A stretch of 56,691 nt of DNA from Methanobacteriaceae archaeon (GTDB lineage Archaea > Methanobacteriota > Methanobacteria > Methanobacteriales > Methanobacteriaceae): positions 1 to 56,691 of the forward strand of contig JADGNH010000001.1 of assembly GCA_017883605.1 (NCBI GenBank), read 5' to 3'. Below the pieces are notes generated by a model. It ran no database searches. It had not been told where the DNA came from and worked only from the letters and a program-made list of their open reading frames with translations. Positions 20,181 through 31,661 of the stretch are shown here, one piece after another (within the stretch, counting starts at the first letter, position 1; every line of letters begins with the position of its first letter). The translations under genes and the position numbers were made by a program.

Positions 20181-20627
20181 AGTATCTTCCACATAATCAG
20201 TTATATGCAAATTAAATAATTTCTTTGTATTGTGGGATAATTTTAATTTATTTATCCTAATTATAAATTATTTTATAAATTTATAAAATCTGCTAATTCA
20301 TTTAATGTTTGAATAAGGATTATCTTAAACTTTTAATATTTGAATAGTCATTAATTTAATCTATTAATCCATTAAAACGATTCTAATCAGAGTTTACAAA
20401 CAAGGTTAATTTTATGTCCTTGTAGTAATTTATGTATTACAAACTATAAAAAAAATTCATAAAACAGTGCAAATAAAAGAAATTCATAAAAGATGATCTT
20501 AAAAACAAAGATGATCTTAAAAAAACTACAAATAGAATTATAAAAAATGTATAAACTAATAAGTAAAATAAATAAGTTTCATCTCATTTTAAAAATAGAT
20601 TTTAGATTAAATATCTGAGGTATCACG

Positions 20628-22931
20628 GTGAATAGAGCCAGAATATTAGTTCAGGGAATAGTACAGGGTGTTGGATTCAGGCCCACAGTTTACAGGATAG
20701 CAAAAGCTATGAGACTTAAGGGTTACGTTAGAAACCTGGGTAACATCGTTGAAATCGTGCTAGAAGGAGATAAAGATGTTATAAAGAGTTTCACAGAAAA
20801 TTTAAAGTTAAAAAAGCCCCCCATATCCAAGATAAGCTCTTTAAAAATAGAGTGGTTAGATTCTAATGTTTCAGGTGATTTTAATGATTTTCAGATACTT
20901 TCAAGCTCAAAAAACTTCTCCGGATCAGCGGTAATACCTCCGGACCTGGCGACCTGTGATAGTTGCCTTAAAGAAGTTTTCAACAGCCGTGACAGAAGGT
21001 ACGGTTACCCCTTCACGGCCTGTACCGATTGCGGTCCCCGTTTCACGGTTATAAGCTCAATTCCTTATGACAGAGAGCGGACGTCAATGGATGAATTTCC
21101 CCTCTGCCCAGAATGCCTTAAAGAGTATCAAAACCCCGAGGACAGACGCTACCATGCAGAGGCTACCTGCTGCCCGGTGTGCGGGCCTTCCGTCTTTTTA
21201 TACCAGAATGATATTTTGGATTCAGAAGATCCCATAAAAGAAGCTGTAGAACTGATAGATGAAGGCAATATACTGGCAGTGAAGGGTATTGGGGGTACTC
21301 ACCTGGTTGCCAAGACAACAGAAGATGACCCCGTGGTTGAGCTCAGAAAGCGGTTGGGAAGATTTAATCAGCCTTTTGCCTGCATGTCTCCCTCAGTTGA
21401 GACCATCAGAAGCTTTGCCGAGGTTTCAGATCCAGAAGAAGAAACTCTAAAGTCAAGAAGCAGACCCATAGTTGTCCTAAACAAAAATGAAAACTATCAT
21501 CTATCCCCCTATGTTTCACCAGAGCTCCATAACCTGGGAGTGATGCTTCCCTACTCTGCATTACATCATATGCTGTTTAAACACTCCCCAGAGCCTGCCT
21601 ACATCATGACCTCTGCCAACCTGCCGGGAGAACCTATGCTCATCGAAAACAGTGAAATTATAGACAAACTGCAGGGAATAGCAGACTATTTCCTCCTGCA
21701 CAATCGAAAAATTATAAACCGCTGCGACGACTCAGTGGTAAGGTTCAGAGGGAACGATTTAGCATTTATACGGCGTTCTAGGGGTTACGTTCCAGAACCT
21801 TATGATTTTTCCCTGTTCCACAGCGATTTGAAGGTGCTGGCATTGGGTCCAGAGATCGATGTGACCTTCTCCCTTTTAAAGGATGGTAAATGCTACGTAT
21901 CTCAACATATTGGAGATACAACCAAGTATGAGACTTTTAAATATCTCCAAAAGTCTATAAAATATCTTATGGAAATAACCAAGACCGATTCTGTGGATGT
22001 GGTTGCCTGTGATCTTCATCCCATGTTTTTTACCTCAAAACTGGCCCATGAGTTAAGCGGAAGATTTGAGTGCGATGTTTTTAAGGTCCAGCACCACCAC
22101 GCCCATGCAGCTGCTCTGGCTGTGGATAATGGAGTCCCGGAGATGATATGTATAGCTGCAGATGGGGTGGGCTATGGTGATGACGGAACTGCCTGGGGCG
22201 GTGAAATACTACATTATCAGGGAGCGGAATATGAGAGGACCGGCAGCATGATGCCGCAAAAAATGGTTGGAGGAGATTTAACCACCAAATATCCAGTTAG
22301 AATGTTAATGACCATGTTATACGATTACTACAGTGAAGATGAGCTCAAAAACCTCATGAGAACAGAATTCATAGAATATTTCAAGCACGGTACCAGGGAA
22401 GTTGATCTGATAGCTCAACAGCTTAAAAAAGGTTTTAATATCATCCAGACCACCAGTACCGGGCGAGTGTTGGATGCTATCTCAGCAGCTCTCCATATAT
22501 GTGGTAAAAGGACATATGAGGGTGAATGTGCAATGAAACTGGAATCAGTGGCCTATAAAGGGAAAGAAGCCTTTGAAATTCCTCCAAAAATCGAAAAGCA
22601 GGGAAAGATGAATGTGCTGGATACTTCAAAGATATTGCTTTCTGTTTTAGAGAAAAAATTTGCAGGTGAAAATGTAAATAATATTGCCCTGGCTGCTCAG
22701 AAGGCTGTTTCAGTTGGTCTGGCAGAACTGGCCATAAAAACTGCGGATAAGACCGGAGTGAATATTATAGGAGGTTCCGGTGGGGTTTTTTACAACGAAG
22801 CCATAAGCATGGCCATTAAAAAAACATTGGAATCTGCAGGCTATGAATTCATTCAGCACAGAAACAGTTGCGCAGGCGATGGTTCTGTTTCCATGGGGCA
22901 GGCTGCGGTGGCTGCAATGCATTTCCAGTAG
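20628..22931 (+). CDS. hypF: [NiFe]-hydrogenase maturation carbamoyltransferase HypF
   Basis: N-terminal acylphosphatase domain ([16 protein letters not shown]), two CxxC-x18-CxxC zinc fingers, then YrdC-like and Kae1-like domains. GTG start with GAGGT upstream. Confidence 0.95.
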   Translation: MNRARILVQGIVQGVGFRPTVYRIAKAMRLKGYVRNLGNIVEIVLEGDKDVIKSFTENLKLKKPPISKISSLKIEWLDSNVSGDFNDFQILSSSKNFSGSAVIPPDLATCDSCLKEVFNSRDRRYGYPFTACTDCGPRFTVISSIPYDRERTSMDEFPLCPECLKEYQNPEDRRYHAEATCCPVCGPSVFLYQNDILDSEDPIKEAVELIDEGNILAVKGIGGTHLVAKTTEDDPVVELRKRLGRFNQPFACMSPSVETIRSFAEVSDPEEETLKSRSRPIVVLNKNENYHLSPYVSPELHNLGVMLPYSALHHMLFKHSPEPAYIMTSANLPGEPMLIENSEIIDKLQGIADYFLLHNRKIINRCDDSVVRFRGNDLAFIRRSRGYVPEPYDFSLFHSDLKVLALGPEIDVTFSLLKDGKCYVSQHIGDTTKYETFKYLQKSIKYLMEITKTDSVDVVACDLHPMFFTSKLAHELSGRFECDVFKVQHHHAHAAALAVDNGVPEMICIAADGVGYGDDGTAWGGEILHYQGAEYERTGSMMPQKMVGGDLTTKYPVRMLMTMLYDYYSEDELKNLMRTEFIEYFKHGTREVDLIAQQLKKGFNIIQTTSTGRVLDAISAALHICGKRTYEGECAMKLESVAYKGKEAFEIPPKIEKQGKMNVLDTSKILLSVLEKKFAGENVNNIALAAQKAVSVGLAELAIKTADKTGVNIIGGSGGVFYNEAISMAIKKTLESAGYEFIQHRNSCAGDGSVSMGQAAVAAMHFQ

Positions 22932-23098
22932 AAGTAAGTATGATATGCAATTCCAGGATACCGATTTTGATAGTATTCCCGGATATAGTTATGATGCGAT
23001 TCTACATGTGATTCATGCTTAAAATAGTAGTTTAATATCTTCAATGAGTGACCAATAGTATTAGGTTAGTTATCAACAGCTCTAATCCTTCAATAGGC

Positions 23099-23578
23099 CT
23101 AATCCTCTGCTATTACGGGTAGATTCAGTGAACGTTTCTTTAAAGCTCGTTTTCTTTCATCTAATTGTTTCAAAAGGTTTTTCGCATGCTTTATGGCATC
23201 ATCATAATTTTCTATGAGACTTTCCAGTTCATCTGAAACCTCTTCTCCCATTCGAGATCTTTCTTCCAATCTCTGAAGTTCCTGAAATTCATGGCCAGGT
23301 AATTTCACCCGGATGTTGCCCTGGCTGATGAATATCTGAAATTCGATATTCTGGGAGATATCATAGTACTTCCTGGGTCTTCCCCTTTCGATTTTCTGGA
23401 ATGAAGAGCTTAGTAAACCCGTCTCCTCCATGGCCCGCAGGTGTTCGATGATGGCCTTTTGGCCCACTTCTAACTCCTGAGATATCTGGCTTACGAAGCG
23501 AGGCTCATCTCTCAGAAAATTTAGTATATCTCTACGGGTTTTACATCCCATTACGTCCAGTATTTCTTCTAGATTCAT
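23099..23578 (-). CDS. ArsR-like winged-HTH regulator with a C-terminal coiled coil
   Basis: Contains [44 protein letters not shown] and RGRPRKYY. It is transcribed divergently from grpE. Confidence 0.7.
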   Translation of the reverse strand: MNLEEILDVMGCKTRRDILNFLRDEPRFVSQISQELEVGQKAIIEHLRAMEETGLLSSSFQKIERGRPRKYYDISQNIEFQIFISQGNIRVKLPGHEFQELQRLEERSRMGEEVSDELESLIENYDDAIKHAKNLLKQLDERKRALKKRSLNLPVIAED

Positions 23579-23794
23579 TTATTATCACTTTTTGTCTATC
23601 AAATTGCTGGTCTTATCTAAATTTAGTTATGTTATTTAAATTTTAATCATTTTTAAGTTTTAATTTACCTTTTTTAAACTTTTCTAATCTATTATAATTT
23701 TTTTAATCTAATTTATCCATTTAAATCTACTTTTAATCTTAAATCTACTTTTAATTTATTAATAATCTAATTTTTTTAACCCACTTATTCTGCG

Positions 23795-23925
23795 AAAAGT
23801 TTATATAACCTTTAGTTACTATAATAGTTAAAGGTTTATATAACTTTTGGTAACTATAATCCAAAGATTTATATAACCTATGGTAACTATAATAACCTAT
23901 GGTAACTATAATAGTTGAAGGTTAC
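23795..23925 (+). promoter_or_regulatory. About 3.5 tandem copies of a roughly 33-bp unit carrying TTTATATAAC and GGTAACTATAAT, upstream of grpE
   Basis: Copies read at about 23795, 23830 and 23863, with a partial at 23894. The last copy contains the palindrome AACTAT-A-ATAGTT. It ends 30 bp before the grpE ATG. Confidence 0.7.
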
Positions 23926-23955
23926 TTTATTCTTATCCCTTAAAAAGGTGTATAA

Positions 23956-24513
23956 ATGACTGATAAAAAAGAACTAGAGAAGTTAAAAAAAGATCTGGGT
24001 GATCTGAAATCTGAGTTAGATAAAAAAAATGCGGAAATTCAAAAGAAAGATGCAGAGATTCAGGAAAAAGATCAAGAAATTCAAGATAAAGATGGAAAGA
24101 TAGATGACCACTATCATCAGCTGCAGCGGATGCAGGCTGACTTTGAAAACTACAAAAAAAGATCAGAGAGAGATATTAAAGAATACATAAAATATGCCAA
24201 CGAAAATTTAATTGTCAAAATAATAGAAGTCTACGAGGACCTGGAAAGGGCTCTTAAGGCTGAGAAATCCCACGACCTCAAAGAGGGTGTGAAAATGATC
24301 TACAAAAAACTAGATGACATCCTGAAAGTAGAAGGCCTTAATGAAATATGTGCCGAGGGTGAAAAATTTGACCCCTTCAAACACGAAGCCCTCCTGGTTG
24401 AAAATCATGAAGACTACGACAACGGAATTGTTATAGAAGAGCTTGGAAAGGGATATACCCTGGATTCAAAGGTAATTAAATATTCAAAGGTAAAGGTTTG
24501 TAAAAAAAGGTGA
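23956..24513 (+). CDS. grpE: Nucleotide exchange factor GrpE
   Basis: Coiled-coil N-terminus followed by [12 protein letters not shown] and the C-terminal beta domain. AAGGTG ribosome-binding site upstream. Confidence 0.95.
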   Translation: MTDKKELEKLKKDLGDLKSELDKKNAEIQKKDAEIQEKDQEIQDKDGKIDDHYHQLQRMQADFENYKKRSERDIKEYIKYANENLIVKIIEVYEDLERALKAEKSHDLKEGVKMIYKKLDDILKVEGLNEICAEGEKFDPFKHEALLVENHEDYDNGIVIEELGKGYTLDSKVIKYSKVKVCKKR

Positions 24514-24519
24514 TATAAT

Positions 24520-26391
24520 ATGGTAAAAAAAGAGAAGATAATAGGTATAGATTTAGGAACCAGTAACTCTGCCGCAGCAGCGTTCATCGGTGGTAAACCC
24601 ACCATAATACCCAGTGCAGAAGGTGCAACCCAATATGGTAAATCATTCCCCAGCTACGTGGCATTTACCAGCGAAGGACAGAAATTGGTTGGAGAACCGG
24701 CCAGAAGACAGGCCGTTACCAACCCGGAACACACCATAACCGCCATTAAAAGACAGATGGGTACCAACTACAAAGTAGATATAGCAGGTAAGCAGTACAC
24801 CCCCCAGGAGATCTCAGCATTAATCCTGCAGAAGATCAAAAAGGACTCAGAAGCCTTCCTTGGCGAAGAGGTTAAAAAAGCAGTAATAACTGTTCCGGCT
24901 TACTTCGACGACAATCAGAGGACAGCCACCAAAGATGCCGGTACCATAGCCGGTTTAGAAGTGGTAAGACTGGTCAACGAACCCACAGCAGCCAGCCTGG
25001 CCTACGGTATCGATAAGGAATCAGAAGAAGAACTTGAAATACTGGTATTCGACTTTGGAGGCGGAACCCTGGATGTAACCGTTATGGAATTCGGTGGAGG
25101 TGTATTTGAGGTTAGATCCACCAGTGGAGACACCAAACTAGGTGGAACCGACATGGACGTTGTGGTTATGGACTACCTCGCCTCTGAATTTAAAAAAGAA
25201 ACCGGCGTAGACATCATGAACGACGACCAGGCCGTGCAGAGACTTAGAGAAGCCTCAGAAAAGGCTAAAATAGAGCTTTCCACCACTCTAACCACAGACA
25301 TAAACCTGCCATTTATAACTGCAACCCATGAAGGCCCCAAACACCTTACTCATACCCTCAGCAGATCCAAGTTAGAGGAACTGGTGGATCCTATCATTAA
25401 AAAATGTGCAGCACCTATGGAACAGGCCATAAAAGATGCTAAAATGACCAAAACCGACGTGGACAAGATCATAATGGTGGGAGGACCAACCAGAATGCCC
25501 TCCGTTCAGAAATTCGTGGAAGATTTCATAGGAAAATCTGTTGAAACAGGAATAGACCCCATGGAGTGTGTGGCCGTAGGGGCAGCTATACAAGGTGGTG
25601 TACTTGCCGGAGAAATTAAAGATCTAGTTTTACTAGATGTCACACCACTATCACTGGGTATAGAAACCCTGGGAGGCGTTTTCACTAAATTGATTGAAAA
25701 TAACACCACCATACCCACCAAAAAGAGCCAGATATTTACCACAGCCGCAGATAACCAGACTTCAGTGGATATTCATGTCCTGCAGGGTGAAAGATCCATG
25801 GCAGGCGGCAACACCACCCTGGGAAGGTTCCAGCTAATAGGTATACCACCAGCACCAAGGGGAATACCCCAGATCGAGGTTACCTTCGACATCGACGCCA
25901 ACGGTATCATGAACGTATCAGCCAAGGACACCGGGACCGGGAAAGAGCAAAGAGTAACTATAACCGCTCCTAACAAGCTATCAAAAGAGGAAATAGACCA
26001 GAAAGTCAAGGAAGCTGAGATGCATGCTGAAGAAGACAAAAAGAAACAGGAAGAAATCGAAATAAGGAACAACGCAGACTCCATGATCTACACCTCAGAA
26101 AAAACCCTGGAGGAACTGGGGGACAAAGTAGATTCTAATCAGAAATCTAAGGTAGAAGGATTGGTTAAAGAACTGAGAGAGCTTATAGGTGGTGATGACC
26201 TGGCAACGATTAAGACCAAAACCGACGAACTCAGTAAAGCCGTGCAAGAAGTTGGCGCCGCCATTTACCAGCAGGCACAACAGGAACAACAGGCACAAGC
26301 ACAACAGGAAGCTCAGGGTCAGCAAGATGCTGGAAAGGATCCTAAAGATGGTGATGACACTGTAGATGCTGATTACGAGGTCAAAAAATAA
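24520..26391 (+). CDS. dnaK: Molecular chaperone DnaK (Hsp70)
   Basis: Contains [19 protein letters not shown], the VGGPTRMP-like [11 protein letters not shown], and a Q/A-rich tail. Confidence 0.98.
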   Translation: MVKKEKIIGIDLGTSNSAAAAFIGGKPTIIPSAEGATQYGKSFPSYVAFTSEGQKLVGEPARRQAVTNPEHTITAIKRQMGTNYKVDIAGKQYTPQEISALILQKIKKDSEAFLGEEVKKAVITVPAYFDDNQRTATKDAGTIAGLEVVRLVNEPTAASLAYGIDKESEEELEILVFDFGGGTLDVTVMEFGGGVFEVRSTSGDTKLGGTDMDVVVMDYLASEFKKETGVDIMNDDQAVQRLREASEKAKIELSTTLTTDINLPFITATHEGPKHLTHTLSRSKLEELVDPIIKKCAAPMEQAIKDAKMTKTDVDKIIMVGGPTRMPSVQKFVEDFIGKSVETGIDPMECVAVGAAIQGGVLAGEIKDLVLLDVTPLSLGIETLGGVFTKLIENNTTIPTKKSQIFTTAADNQTSVDIHVLQGERSMAGGNTTLGRFQLIGIPPAPRGIPQIEVTFDIDANGIMNVSAKDTGTGKEQRVTITAPNKLSKEEIDQKVKEAEMHAEEDKKKQEEIEIRNNADSMIYTSEKTLEELGDKVDSNQKSKVEGLVKELRELIGGDDLATIKTKTDELSKAVQEVGAAIYQQAQQEQQAQAQQEAQGQQDAGKDPKDGDDTVDADYEVKK

Positions 26392-26440
26392 AGAACAGTT
26401 AAGCAAAAGTGGGGAAATACTTTTTTCCCTACTTTATAAT

Positions 26441-26504
26441 TTTATTTAGGATTATTAAGATTAAATTCAGGATTTATTTAGGATTATTAAGATTAAATTC
26501 AGGA
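26441..26504. repeat. Perfect 32-bp tandem duplication TTTATTTAGGATTATTAAGATTAAATTCAGGA x2
   Basis: Copies at 26441-26472 and 26473-26504, in the 303-bp dnaK-dnaJ spacer. Confidence 0.9.
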
Positions 26505-26694
26505 TTTTATTGGAATTAGTATAAGATATTTACGATTATATTTGAAGTATTGAATTTAAAATTTATTGAAAAATTTAGTATTTATTAAAGTGTTAACAAT
26601 TAAATAATTGAAAAGATTAGTTTTAAAGAATAAATAAAATTAAGTTCAATTTTCAAATTCCAGAAATAATTTAAAACTTGAAGGTAAGGATTAT

Positions 26695-27858
26695 ATGGCT
26701 GAAAAGCGTGACTATTATGAAGTCCTTGGAGTGGACAAGACTGCTGATAAAAAGGATATTAAAAAGGCCTATCGTAAGTTGGCTATGAAGTACCATCCTG
26801 ATGTGAGCGAAGACCCGGAAAGTGCAGATAAGTTCAAGGAAATCAGCGAAGCTTATGCTGTGCTCTCCGACCAGGAGAAAAAAAATACCTACGACCAGTA
26901 CGGACACGCCGGAATGGGTGGATTTTCACAGGAAGACATATTCCGGGACATTAACTTCGATGACGTATTCAGGGGCTTCGGATTTGGAGGAGGTGGCTCT
27001 GGAGGAGGTTCCGGATTTGAAACCATATTCGACCTCTTTGGATTTGGCGGAGGTAGAAGAAACGGACCTCAACAGGGAGATGACGTAATCTACGATATGA
27101 AAATCACGCTGGAGGAAGCAGCCCACGGTGTAGAGCAGGACATAGAAGTCCCCCATAAAAAGACCTGCCCACACTGTAACGGTTCAAAGGCAGAACCTGG
27201 AACAGAAATAAAAACCTGCCCACATTGCGGTGGAAGCGGACAGGTACGCCATGTCAGCAACACCCCGCTGGGCCAGTTTGCTAGTATAAGACCCTGCAGT
27301 ACTTGTCGGGGTGAAGGAAAGATAATGGAAAGTCCATGTAAAGAATGTCGTGGAAAAGGTATTATAAAGAAAAAAAGCACTATTCACATTAAAATACCTC
27401 CTGGTGTGGAGGACGAAAGCCGCCTGAGGGTTCCTGGAGAAGGAGATGTTGGCAAACGAGGAGGACCGCCAGGGGATCTCTACGTCATGATTCAAGTCAA
27501 AGAACACCGGTTATTTAAGAGAGACGGTGCAAATCTAATCTATGATATGCCTATAAGTTTCGTTCAGGCCTCGCTGGGTGATACCGTTGAAGCACCAACA
27601 CTTGAAAGTGCCGTAGACCTCAAAATACCACCAGGAACACAAACTGGCACATCTTTCAGGATTAAAGGTCAGGGTATGCCCCATATGCGCTGGAGCGGTA
27701 AAGGAAATCTTTACGTTAAAGTTAAAGTTGTGACCCCCAAGAAACTGAGCCCTAAACAGAAGGAAATCCTGCGAGAGTTCGCGGATGTAAGTGGTAAGGA
27801 AATTTACACCGAGGATAAGGGATTTTTTGACAAAGTGAAGGATGTCATAGGTCACTAG
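26695..27858 (+). CDS. dnaJ: Molecular chaperone DnaJ
   Basis: J domain with YHPD, a G/F-rich linker, and four CxxCxGxG zinc motifs. Confidence 0.97.
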   Translation: MAEKRDYYEVLGVDKTADKKDIKKAYRKLAMKYHPDVSEDPESADKFKEISEAYAVLSDQEKKNTYDQYGHAGMGGFSQEDIFRDINFDDVFRGFGFGGGGSGGGSGFETIFDLFGFGGGRRNGPQQGDDVIYDMKITLEEAAHGVEQDIEVPHKKTCPHCNGSKAEPGTEIKTCPHCGGSGQVRHVSNTPLGQFASIRPCSTCRGEGKIMESPCKECRGKGIIKKKSTIHIKIPPGVEDESRLRVPGEGDVGKRGGPPGDLYVMIQVKEHRLFKRDGANLIYDMPISFVQASLGDTVEAPTLESAVDLKIPPGTQTGTSFRIKGQGMPHMRWSGKGNLYVKVKVVTPKKLSPKQKEILREFADVSGKEIYTEDKGFFDKVKDVIGH

Positions 27859-28090
27859 AACCCAATGTCCTTAACTTTTTTATCCGTTGCCTCCTTTCTT
27901 ATCACAATTATTTATCCAATATTCTTTTCATTTAAATTCAATTTTTATCATCATCATTTCTTCTATTTAATTCACAATACCATCCAGTAAACATTAGGAA
28001 TAGATAAGAACTGTTCATTTTACTGAAGTTTATTATAATTTAAATTAAGAAGAAACATTAAATCCCAAAAAGAGATGGATGAGTGCATAT

Positions 28091-28470
28091 ATGTCTGTCA
28101 AGAAAGAAAATGAAAAGATAAATGTCATGGAAATACAGGAAAAGATAGAGAAATATTTTGGCTTTGTCCCCAAGATTTTCCAGGTGCTATCTGAAAACCC
28201 ACCCGTACTAAGGCCTATTTTGAAAAGCTAGAAGTTATGATGCGGGATGAATCGTTAACACCCATCACCAAAGAATTTATTTCTATAGGTGCTGCCGCAG
28301 CCCTGGGAGCCGAACACTGTCTGGCCACCCACCTTGAGGTGGCAAGAGCTTTTGGAGCCACCAATGACCAGTTAATGTTAGCCATCCTCATGGGTTCTTT
28401 GATAGCGGAGACAGATGCTTTAGCTACATCTTTAAGGGTTTATGAAGACTTTAAAAATAATTCTCCCTAA
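28091..28470 (+). pseudogene. Carboxymuconolactone decarboxylase (AhpD-like) family gene with a 1-nt frameshift
   Basis: Frame 1 gives MSVKKENEKINVMEIQEKIEKYFGFVPKIFQVLSENPPVL and then stops at 28229. The next frame continues KAYFEKLEVMMRDESLTPITKEFISIGAAAALGAEHCLATHL. One extra A at about 28210 would join them. Confidence 0.75.
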
Positions 28471-28569
28471 ACAATTATTTAAATCCAAGAAATCTGAGTT
28501 AATCAGTTATAGTATGAACTAGCTTTTATCTACTTAAATAATGGTTTAACCTTAAAATAAAGAGTTAAT

Positions 28570-28876
28570 GGCATGCCGAGAGTAACCCACCTTCTGTTCT
28601 AGGCAGCATTCATCTATGCGGACTACCTCTGCTTCATACAGGATTCATAAGCAGTATTTGTCCTTGCACCCCGTGGAATGGCCGTTTCACCATTTCTTCT
28701 GGCGTCTTCAGCTTACGCATCATTTTCATCCAACCAGAAGATGTTTCGTTTCTGCTCCAGTGTCATGCCTCTCAGCATGTGCCTTCTGACACCACGGTTC
28801 TGTATGATGGATGGAGTTTCCTCAGTTTAAATTACAGAATGTTCTGTAAAAACCGTTGGCTGCCCTTCGGCTTGCC
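28570..28876 (-). ncRNA. rnpB: RNase P RNA (archaeal type A)
   Basis: GC-rich, ORF-free block. The minus strand reads GGCAAGCCGAAGGGCAGCC...GAGGAAACUCCAUCC (CR-I-like)...GGUGAAACGG...AGAUGAAUGCUGCCUAGAACAGAAGGUGGGUUAC (CR-IV/V-like)...UCGGCAUGCC. The two ends pair as helix P1. Confidence 0.85.
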
Positions 28877-28895
28877 ATTATACTTCTAAAAAAAT

Positions 28896-28974
<79 letters not shown>

Positions 28975-28997
28975 TAGTGATTCTTTACTTTTAAGGG

Positions 28998-29005
28998 TAT
29001 ATAAA
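28998..29005 (-). promoter_or_regulatory. TATA box (TTTATATA) for the initiator tRNA transcription unit
   Basis: TTTATATA on the minus strand ends 24 nt upstream of the tRNA 5' end, the canonical archaeal spacing. Confidence 0.7.
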
Positions 29006-29255
29006 GATTTGCATTGTATTTTATTATCTTTCTCTTAATTTCAACAGCCAAATGTCAATTTAAAACCTAAATTAAAGTTATTCTATCCAAACAAAACTAT
29101 TATTAGTTTATATTATATGAATAAAATAAAATTTACGAATCAAAAAAAAAAGGAATATCTAAATTTTTAAAAATATTATTAGTAAATTCTTTAAAGACAT
29201 CATCTAGAGAATCTACTTTATATCCATCTAATTTTAGTCCATCTAATTTTAGATG

Positions 29256-29828
29256 TTATTTTTTAGTTTTTTCCTCAGGATTCTCGAGTTTGGAGAGTCT
29301 GCCCTCGATACCGCTGATTTTTTTATTGGTATATCCCCGGTACTCGTTGAAACGTCTTTCAAGCTCACCTACGTCACGAGAGACCTTGTTGTATCTTTTT
29401 TCAAGTTGTGATACATCGGATTTGGTTGCGAGTTCCCAGTCCTTTATGAGCTGGTCGCTTTTATCATCTAAAAAAAGATCTATTTTATTTGATAGGCTAT
29501 CTGTGCTTATTGGGACGTCTTTAACTTTTCCCTTTATTTTCGCACCCATTCCGGCCATCTTTTCACCCATTCCCGAAATGGTTCCACCTTCACCGCTTTT
29601 ATCTGTTTTTCCAGTAACAGTTTCAGTAACCTTTGCACTGGCACCTTTCAGTTTATCACCCACCCCAGACACAGTTTCACTAATTCCAGACTTTTTATCA
29701 CCAGTTCCGGACACGTTAGTGGACAATTGTGTAACAGAAGTTCTTCTAGACTCCTGCAGGTAATAGTAGAGCAGCACAATTATGGCACCAGCCAGTACCA
29801 GAATTGCAAATAATTCCAGGGCGGTCAT
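29256..29828 (-). CDS. Membrane-anchored hypothetical protein with a Gly/Lys-rich repeat region and C-terminal coiled coil
   Basis: N-terminal TM helix (LELFAILVLAGAIIVLLYYY), repeats such as VSGVGDKLKGASAKV / ISGMGEKMAGMGAKIKGKV, and C-terminal heptads. Confidence 0.6.
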   Translation of the reverse strand: MTALELFAILVLAGAIIVLLYYYLQESRRTSVTQLSTNVSGTGDKKSGISETVSGVGDKLKGASAKVTETVTGKTDKSGEGGTISGMGEKMAGMGAKIKGKVKDVPISTDSLSNKIDLFLDDKSDQLIKDWELATKSDVSQLEKRYNKVSRDVGELERRFNEYRGYTNKKISGIEGRLSKLENPEEKTKK

Positions 29829-29831
29829 ATA

Positions 29832-30293
29832 TTATTTGCCTCCTTTAATCCCTTTAACAGCCTGTACCTGTTTGCTATCCTTAGAATTTTTGGTCTTTTT
29901 ATCCAGCTCTTTTTCTTTCTTATCTATTTCTTCCAGCAATTGCTGTAGTTTAATATATTCTGTTCTGGCTTCCAGTCGGGTTACTCTTTCGTTTACCTCT
30001 CCGTGAAGATATCCAGTTTTGTGCATTATTTCAGACGTTGTTTTCCTGATTTCAGATAACCTTTCCTGCTGGTCCTTAGGCAGCGGAAACACGTTTTCCA
30101 TCATACGTTTTGATTCCAGATCTCTTTCCACTAACTCTATCTTTTTGAGTTCAGCCTGTTTTTCAATAAACTGAACGTTACTTTGAGACTCTCTAACCCT
30201 TCTCCACTGCATAAGTGCAACTATAAGACCTACAACTGCAATCACTGCTATTATTATATAGAAAACATTTTGTGGAATTGTAATATCAGCCAT
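29832..30293 (-). CDS. Membrane-anchored coiled-coil hypothetical protein
   Basis: N-terminal TM helix ([19 protein letters not shown]) followed by a charged coiled coil. It lies 3 nt upstream of the next ORF, so an operon is likely. Confidence 0.6.
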   Translation of the reverse strand: MADITIPQNVFYIIIAVIAVVGLIVALMQWRRVRESQSNVQFIEKQAELKKIELVERDLESKRMMENVFPLPKDQQERLSEIRKTTSEIMHKTGYLHGEVNERVTRLEARTEYIKLQQLLEEIDKKEKELDKKTKNSKDSKQVQAVKGIKGGK

Positions 30294-30734
30294 AATTAAC
30301 CCCCTATTTCATAAAGCCCTGCCATAAAAATTTACAAATCAAATTTTTTATTTAATAGAATTTATTCTACACAATTAATATTTGCATTTCTAATACATAA
30401 ATATTACTAAAATATTCTCTGTTTTTCCGTGTCCAAATAATCTTTCCAGCTTCCTGTGATTCTTTACCTTTATCCTGCTTTAAACTCTAGATAAAATAGA
30501 TATGGTCCATTAACTATGCTAATTTTATTTATTTTAAAAATTTTATTGAAAATCCATTAAAAAAAATTTATTAAAGTTTTAAACTAGAAAAGTAGAAAAA
30601 TAAAGAAATTAAATAAATTAAAAAGAAATTAAAATAAAAACTAAAGAAATTAATAAAAATCCGATTTCTATTTAAAAAATTTAACCATCGGCAAAAAGTT
30701 AAATAACAATAAACTGAATTTTATAAGTGATTGT

Positions 30735-31661
30735 ATGATTGAAATGTATGAAAAATCAGGTGAAATAGTTTCAAAGGTCAGGCAACTGGCCGTTAACTAT
30801 GTTAAAGAGGACTTGAAAGTTCTGGAACTGGTTGAATTTGTGGAAGGAGAAATAAAGAGCAGGGGCGGTCTTCCTGCTTTTCCTTGTAACGTCTCCATAA
30901 ATGAGGTTACCGCCCACTATACCTCTCCCCCTAACGATGAAACACTGCTAAAAAGTGGTGATCTGGTTAAAATTGATCTGGGAGCCCATGTAGATGGCTA
31001 CATTGCTGATTCAGCCGTGACGGTTCTGGTGGGAGAACCGGAGTCATTGGAAGATGACTCCCTATCAGAAGAAAAATTTGAACTGGGACTAAAGATGATT
31101 GAAACTGCCCAGGAGGCTCTTGAAAATGCCATAAGCACCATAAAGGACGGAACTGAGGTGGGAAGGATTGGTGAAGTGGTTGAAAATACTGTAAATGCTA
31201 AAAACCTGAATCCGGTTTCAAATCTCACCGGTCACAGTATGGATAGGTGGATACTACATTCCGGACTTTCCATCCCTAACATAAAAGAAGATAATAAACA
31301 TAAATTAGAAGAAGGAGACGTGCTGGCCATAGAGCCCTTCGTAACCAATGGTGTGGGCATAGTGACGGATATGAAAGATGCTTACATCTTCCGTTTCCTG
31401 AGGGAGCGTCCTTTACGGGTGGCACATGCCAGGAAATTACTGGAAAACATAGAAAAAGACTATCGAAATCTTCCATTTGCCCAGAGATGGCTTTTAGAAA
31501 GTTTTGATGAGCGTAAGCTTAAATTAGCCATGAGACAGCTTATATCCTCCCGAGCCATCTACCCCTACCACGTGCTTAAGGAAAAGAGCAATGCCAGAGT
31601 GGCACAGGCAGAACACACCGTTATTGTTGAGCCTGACGGTTGTCAGATTATAACAGAATAA
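30735..31661 (+). CDS. map: Type II methionine aminopeptidase
   Basis: Metal ligands lie in [27 protein letters not shown] and AEHTV. The type II insert is present. Confidence 0.9.
   Translation: MIEMYEKSGEIVSKVRQLAVNYVKEDLKVLELVEFVEGEIKSRGGLPAFPCNVSINEVTAHYTSPPNDETLLKSGDLVKIDLGAHVDGYIADSAVTVLVGEPESLEDDSLSEEKFELGLKMIETAQEALENAISTIKDGTEVGRIGEVVENTVNAKNLNPVSNLTGHSMDRWILHSGLSIPNIKEDNKHKLEEGDVLAIEPFVTNGVGIVTDMKDAYIFRFLRERPLRVAHARKLLENIEKDYRNLPFAQRWLLESFDERKLKLAMRQLISSRAIYPYHVLKEKSNARVAQAEHTVIVEPDGCQIITE

Noticed and set aside
22853-23044. 63-aa minus-strand ORF overlapping the hypF 3' end
   Set aside because: Half of it is antisense to hypF, the remainder is AT-rich spacer, and there is no ribosome-binding site.
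25372-27855. Many 73-107-aa ORFs antisense to dnaK and dnaJ
   Set aside because: These are typical antisense shadows in long, GC-richer, highly conserved genes.
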